From IMG/VR virus record IMGVR_UViG_3300007346_007557: a DNA stretch of 64,000 nt. One strand, given 5' to 3'. Source of the stretch: an uncultured virus (IMG/VR IMGVR_UViG_3300007346_007557). Lineage: Duplodnaviria; Heunggongvirae; Uroviricota; Caudoviricetes. Made by a program: the position numbers and the translations under genes. This document shows, piece by piece, positions 59,442 through 64,000 of the stretch. The first letter of the stretch is position 1, and the number at the start of each line of letters is the position of its first letter. The notes under the pieces are model-generated. The model did no database searches and had not been told where the DNA came from. It worked only from the letters and a program-made list of their open reading frames with translations.

Positions 59442-60892
59442 AACGTAAAGAAATCCTAACAGAAAATCCTCTAGCAATTGCACTTATGGGCGCACTAGTT
59501 GGTATGGGACTAGAAAAAGAAAAAGCAAAAAAAGCAGCAGCACAAGCTGTAAATCAAGCACAATCAGGTAAAGCAGCACCAGCAGCAGCAACAGCACCAC
59601 AGGGTGCAGATTATAATCAAATTATGAAACGTGGCAGTAGAGGCGAAGGTGTTAAGCAACTACAAATAAACTTAGGTATGACAGGTCCAGAAGTTGATGG
59701 TATTTTTGGTCCTGCTACAGAAAAAGCAGTTAAAACATTTCAACAAAATTCAGGTGCAAAGGTTGATGGTATTGTTGGTCCAGAAACTAGAGGCATGATT
59801 GAAAAATATGCAGGTAATAATGATGAACCAGCAGCAAGTTCTCCTCCACAAAGTACAACCCCAAGTTCAACAAAGCCGTGGAGAGCTGTAAATCCTCAAC
59901 CACCAGGTTATGGACGTCAAGTAAATAAAATTCTAATTACAGATGGTAGTAGATATTATTATGTAGGTGCCGAACCAGAAAATGGAAAATATACAGGCGG
60001 TGGACCAGTAAAGATAGGTGCCGACGGCAAACCAACTGGTATTGAAAATTTAAAAGGATTTCAAACTGATGCTGATAACGTAGACATGAGCGGGGTAAAG
60101 GAGTCAATTATGACAGACAAAAAACAATTAGACGAAGCAAGCATTAACATTAATGGTGCTGATGCAAGTGAAGTAGCAGAAATACTACGTATGATGCAAC
60201 TAGCAGGAGCACCGGGTGCAAAAGTAGTTGAACCAGACGATATTAATCCAGGTCCAAAACCTTGCCCAATATGCGGAAAGATTCACGGTCCAAGTCAACC
60301 AATGGGCGGGTGTGGTGCAAAACCAAAAGAGCCAGGCATGGGCGATATGATCAAATTAATGGCCCCAGAAGAAGCAGTTGCAGAAGGCGAAGATAAAATA
60401 AACAATCCAGCATATTTAGATATAATAAAAAATTTACTAATGCGAGCAAAAAGCACTGAAGAATTTAAAGATTATCTAAACAATGAAATGGACGAAGATC
60501 CTAAATTTGGACAATGGATGAATTATTATGCAAAACACACTCCACTAGGTAAAAGAGCAATAAACGTTTATTTCGGTCGTGACGTAATAGGCGAAGAAGA
60601 AGATTATGACGGTGATTTTCAAGATGCTAGTACAGAACCAGATGAAACATATATGAATGATGTTAGTGCTAGTATTCCAGCAGGAAATGACATGCACAAA
60701 GAAAAAGGATCATACCCAGCAACAGCAGGTGGTGACAATCCTATGAATACCAAAGAAAGCATCAAGGCAAGATTGTTACAAGCTCTTTCAGAAAAGAAAG
60801 CAAAACCAGATTATATTGATATTGACGGTGACGGTGACAAAAAAGAGCCAATGAAAAAAGCCATCAAAGATAAAGAGAAAAAGAAGGACTAA
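59438..60892 (+). CDS. Peptidoglycan-binding-domain protein (PG_binding_1) with low-complexity regions
   Basis: MKRGSRGEGVKQLQ..LG...DGIFGPATEKAVKTFQ...VDGIVGPET. Confidence 0.75.
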   Translation: MKRKEILTENPLAIALMGALVGMGLEKEKAKKAAAQAVNQAQSGKAAPAAATAPQGADYNQIMKRGSRGEGVKQLQINLGMTGPEVDGIFGPATEKAVKTFQQNSGAKVDGIVGPETRGMIEKYAGNNDEPAASSPPQSTTPSSTKPWRAVNPQPPGYGRQVNKILITDGSRYYYVGAEPENGKYTGGGPVKIGADGKPTGIENLKGFQTDADNVDMSGVKESIMTDKKQLDEASININGADASEVAEILRMMQLAGAPGAKVVEPDDINPGPKPCPICGKIHGPSQPMGGCGAKPKEPGMGDMIKLMAPEEAVAEGEDKINNPAYLDIIKNLLMRAKSTEEFKDYLNNEMDEDPKFGQWMNYYAKHTPLGKRAINVYFGRDVIGEEEDYDGDFQDASTEPDETYMNDVSASIPAGNDMHKEKGSYPATAGGDNPMNTKESIKARLLQALSEKKAKPDYIDIDGDGDKKEPMKKAIKDKEKKKD

Positions 60893-60910
60893 TTCATCCC
60901 CCCAGAACTC

Positions 60911-60937
60911 AATAGCGCCTTAGGGCGCTATTTTTTT
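60911..60937 (+). terminator. Rho-independent terminator
   Basis: AATAGCGCC-TTAG-GGCGCTATT plus T-run. Confidence 0.85.
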
Positions 60938-60950
60938 GGTTAAATACAAC

Positions 60951-62531
60951 ATGAGTAAAAGTTTAGACGGTGTATTAACAAAAAAAGCAAATCAGAAAGA
61001 AACATATACAGAAACACAAATTCAAGATCTATTGAATTGTATGGATCCTGATGAAGGTTACTTGTATTTTGCAAAACGATTTGCACACATTCAGCATCCA
61101 GTAAAAGGAAAACTTTTGTTTGATCCTTACGAATATCAGTTGAGGTTGATGCATTCGTATCATAATTTTAGATTTAATATTAATATGATGCCTAGACAAA
61201 CAGGTAAAACTACATGTGCTAGTATATATTTGTGTTGGTATGCAATGTTCAATCCAGATCAAACTATTCTTATTGCAGCACACAAATACACAGGTGCGCA
61301 GGAGATTATGCAGCGTATACGCTATGTATATGAACTATGTCCTGATTACATAAGAGCAGGTGTAACTAGTTATAATAAAGGTAGTATTGAGTTTGAAAAT
61401 GGGTCACGTATTATCAGTCAAACAACAACAGGCACTACTGGACGTGGTTTGTCTATCTCGCTACTATATTGTGACGAGTTTGCGTTTGTGCAACCAAACA
61501 TTGCTGAAGAATTTTGGACTTCAATTTCGCCTACACTAGCAACAGGTGGTAGAGCTATTATTACAAGCACACCAAACTCAGACGAAGATACATTTGCAGT
61601 TATATGGAAACAAGCTGAACAAAAGTTTGATGAGCATGGAAATGAACAAGAAATTGGTATAAATGGTTTTCACGCTTATAGAGCTCATTGGAGTGAACAC
61701 CCCGACCGTGACGACGAATGGAAAGTTAATGAAATAGGTCGTATTGGTGAAGAAATGTTTCGTAGAGAATATGGCTGTGAATTTTTAATCTTTGATGAAA
61801 CACTGATCAATAGTATAAAACTTGCTGCAATGGAAGGCATTGAACCTACATTGCATATGGGTCAAGTGCGATGGTACAAAAAACCTGATGCAAAAAAATC
61901 TTATGTTATAGGATTAGATCCTGCTATGGGAACAGGTGGAGATTTTGCTGCTATACAAGTGATAGAACTGCCTACATATGAACAAGTTGCTGAGTGGCAA
62001 CATAACACTACAGCTATTCCAGGACAAATTAGGGTTTTGCGAGATATTTGTAGTTATATTGCAGAAGAAACAAAAACTACTTCTAATATTTATTGGAGCG
62101 TTGAAAACAATGGTATAGGAGAAGCAGCACTACTTGTAATACAAGATTTTGGCGAAGAAAACATTCCTGGATTATTCATTAGTGAACCAATACGAAAAGG
62201 TCATGTAAGAAAATTTAGAAAAGGTTTTAATACTACACATGGAAGTAAAACTACAAGTTGTGCTAGATTAAAAACAATGATTGAAAATGATAAACTAATA
62301 TTAAAAAGTAAGCCTTGTATTAGTGAACTTAAAGCATACATAGCAGCAGGTAGTAGTTTTCAAGCAAAACCAGGACATCATGATGATTTAATTAGCAGTT
62401 TAATTTTAACATTAAGAATAATGAGCGTTATGAAAGATTGGGATCCTACGGTTTATAATACGTTTAGCCAAATTGAAGCAGATGAAGAATATGAAATGCC
62501 CATGCCTATCTTCGTAAGTAGCAGTTATTGA
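60951..62531 (+). CDS. gp17: Terminase large subunit
   Basis: PRQTGKT Walker A, LYCDEFAF Walker B, ITSTPN, GLDPA RNase-H domain, HDDL. Confidence 0.95.
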   Translation: MSKSLDGVLTKKANQKETYTETQIQDLLNCMDPDEGYLYFAKRFAHIQHPVKGKLLFDPYEYQLRLMHSYHNFRFNINMMPRQTGKTTCASIYLCWYAMFNPDQTILIAAHKYTGAQEIMQRIRYVYELCPDYIRAGVTSYNKGSIEFENGSRIISQTTTGTTGRGLSISLLYCDEFAFVQPNIAEEFWTSISPTLATGGRAIITSTPNSDEDTFAVIWKQAEQKFDEHGNEQEIGINGFHAYRAHWSEHPDRDDEWKVNEIGRIGEEMFRREYGCEFLIFDETLINSIKLAAMEGIEPTLHMGQVRWYKKPDAKKSYVIGLDPAMGTGGDFAAIQVIELPTYEQVAEWQHNTTAIPGQIRVLRDICSYIAEETKTTSNIYWSVENNGIGEAALLVIQDFGEENIPGLFISEPIRKGHVRKFRKGFNTTHGSKTTSCARLKTMIENDKLILKSKPCISELKAYIAAGSSFQAKPGHHDDLISSLILTLRIMSVMKDWDPTVYNTFSQIEADEEYEMPMPIFVSSSY

Positions 62532-62544
62532 TAAATAGTATACA

Positions 62545-64000
62545 ATGAGAAATTTAAATACCGTAGCAGAACAATTATTTAATGAAATTAGAGGACGTTA
62601 TTCAAGCGTGTCAATCGGCGATGCTGATGGTAACATTACCAATGAACCTAAGCAAGCAAGATTTTATGAATTTGATTTTAAATCAGGAATGCAGGATTTA
62701 GGAAAAGTAAGTGTAACACTTGACGAAGAATCTGGTGTTACAATTATGTATAATAATAATTTTACAGAAAATGCACTAGTAAGTGAAAAACAAGATTGGT
62801 ATAATTTTTTAAAAAATATTAGAATGTTTGCAAAAAAACGTTTATTAAATTTCGAAGTAAGAGATATTAATAAATCAAATCTAACTAAACGTGATTATTC
62901 TTATCTAGCTAAAAATCGTAGCGGAGATCAAACTATGGCTGAGTCTAAAATGTACGGCAGTAATAAAACAAGTTTTCAAAAAATTGGTAATGCAAAATTA
63001 TCAATTAAACATACAAAACCTATGGAAGAAAGTGAAAGTAGAACAAAAAATATTGGTTCTATTTACATCGAAAATAACCAAGGTGAAAAATTTAAATATC
63101 CTTACAAACATCTTAGTGGTGCAAGAGCTTTAGCTATGCATGTTAGCGAAGGTGGCAATCCTTATGACGACTTTGGTAAACACATTACAGGTTTAAGTGA
63201 AGAACTATCTAATCTCCGCAAGTTCAAAACTTATATGGGCCGTAGCAGTGTAATGGCAGAAAGCCTTGCTGAACATATGGATATTGTTAATGAAAGAATT
63301 GCAACAATTAAAAAGTCTATACAAAATCTTCAAAAGGAATCTCATTACAAACAAGCATTTGAAGAATTTGTACCAATTGAAGACATAGAAGTACCAGAAG
63401 ATATATCAGCTAATTGGATCGACCAATTAACCGTAAAACAATTTAATGAAGAATTAAAAGATGTATTTCCATACATTTACAATTTAGTTAGTGAAAATAC
63501 AAAACCAGAAGAAATAACTTTTGAAGACATTTTTTATGAAGCAAAAGATACAATGATAAAAACACAACCTGGTGAAGATTCTGTATCGCAAGTTGCACAA
63601 AGATTCAGAGTGCCTGCAGAAAAAATGAAAGATTTTATTCAAGACGTCATCGAAGTTAATGGGTTAGATAGTGACAAACTACAACCAGGAATAGATTTAG
63701 TTATACCAGCAGGTTATATTCCTGGTAATGTATCATCGAGTCCAAGACCGCAAATGAGACCAACTAATAATACAAATATCGGCAGTACAGAAATAGCACC
63801 AAATGGTCAAGTTACAGGCAGCACAAGAGGCTTCAATACAGAGTCTGCAATTGATGCTGCATTTGATAAATTGTTAGGACAATTTGCAGATAATTTTAGT
63901 GCGCAAGTAGAAGGCGATACAGATGAAGGCAACGCATACGCACATGCTGTAAGACAAGCAAAAATGAATGGCGCTAAAAAAGGCGACAAAATAGATCATC
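62545..64000 (+). CDS. Large hypothetical protein, truncated at window end, containing a LysM-like domain
   Basis: Not in ORF track (no stop in window); MRNLNTVAEQLFNEIRGR...; late promoter GATAAATA 62530-62537; QPGEDSVSQVAQRF...EVNGLDSDKLQPGIDLVIP at ~63556-63710. Confidence 0.75.
   Translation, partial: MRNLNTVAEQLFNEIRGRYSSVSIGDADGNITNEPKQARFYEFDFKSGMQDLGKVSVTLDEESGVTIMYNNNFTENALVSEKQDWYNFLKNIRMFAKKRLLNFEVRDINKSNLTKRDYSYLAKNRSGDQTMAESKMYGSNKTSFQKIGNAKLSIKHTKPMEESESRTKNIGSIYIENNQGEKFKYPYKHLSGARALAMHVSEGGNPYDDFGKHITGLSEELSNLRKFKTYMGRSSVMAESLAEHMDIVNERIATIKKSIQNLQKESHYKQAFEEFVPIEDIEVPEDISANWIDQLTVKQFNEELKDVFPYIYNLVSENTKPEEITFEDIFYEAKDTMIKTQPGEDSVSQVAQRFRVPAEKMKDFIQDVIEVNGLDSDKLQPGIDLVIPAGYIPGNVSSSPRPQMRPTNNTNIGSTEIAPNGQVTGSTRGFNTESAIDAAFDKLLGQFADNFSAQVEGDTDEGNAYAHAVRQAKMNGAKKGDKIDH

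Noticed and set aside
60951..62531. Intein or intron in terminase (also portal, capsid, gp46)
   Set aside because: Lengths are ordinary and no splice-junction (C...HN) or LAGLIDADG motifs were seen
1..64000. Stop-codon reassignment
   Set aside because: Core genes are full length in the standard code, and TAA, TAG and TGA all terminate genes

Overview
The window is 64 kb of an AT-rich, T4-like (Tevenvirinae-type gene set) large myophage genome, probably aquatic and read with the standard genetic code. It holds most of the virion morphogenesis region. Recognisable genes are baseplate genes, a gp55-like late sigma factor, gp47/gp46, gp26/gp51, tape measure, portal, core/protease/scaffold, major capsid, two giant paralogous fibre proteins (3129 and 3617 aa), neck gp13/14/15, sheath, tube, gp4 and both terminase subunits. 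Accessory enzymes are interspersed: flavin halogenase, radical SAM/SPASM, MetF-like, cold-shock-like, glycosyltransferases, sulfotransferase, Nudix and DUF3310. Five things stand out. (1) The giant fibre proteins carry 15 tandem ~140-160 aa helical repeats that reproduce the phycobiliprotein chromophore-attachment motif (K-C-x-R-D...Y...G-G). (2) A ~300-400 nt highly structured non-coding element directly follows a small GIY-YIG nuclease gene. (3) A second, stand-alone ~200 nt pseudoknotted RNA has its own sigma70 promoter and terminator. (4) The pentamer ACWGT (ACAGT/ACTGT) appears to be avoided throughout. (5) A -1 slippery site could fuse gp26 to an unlisted gp51-like ORF. All calls come from reading motifs by eye; no searches were run.
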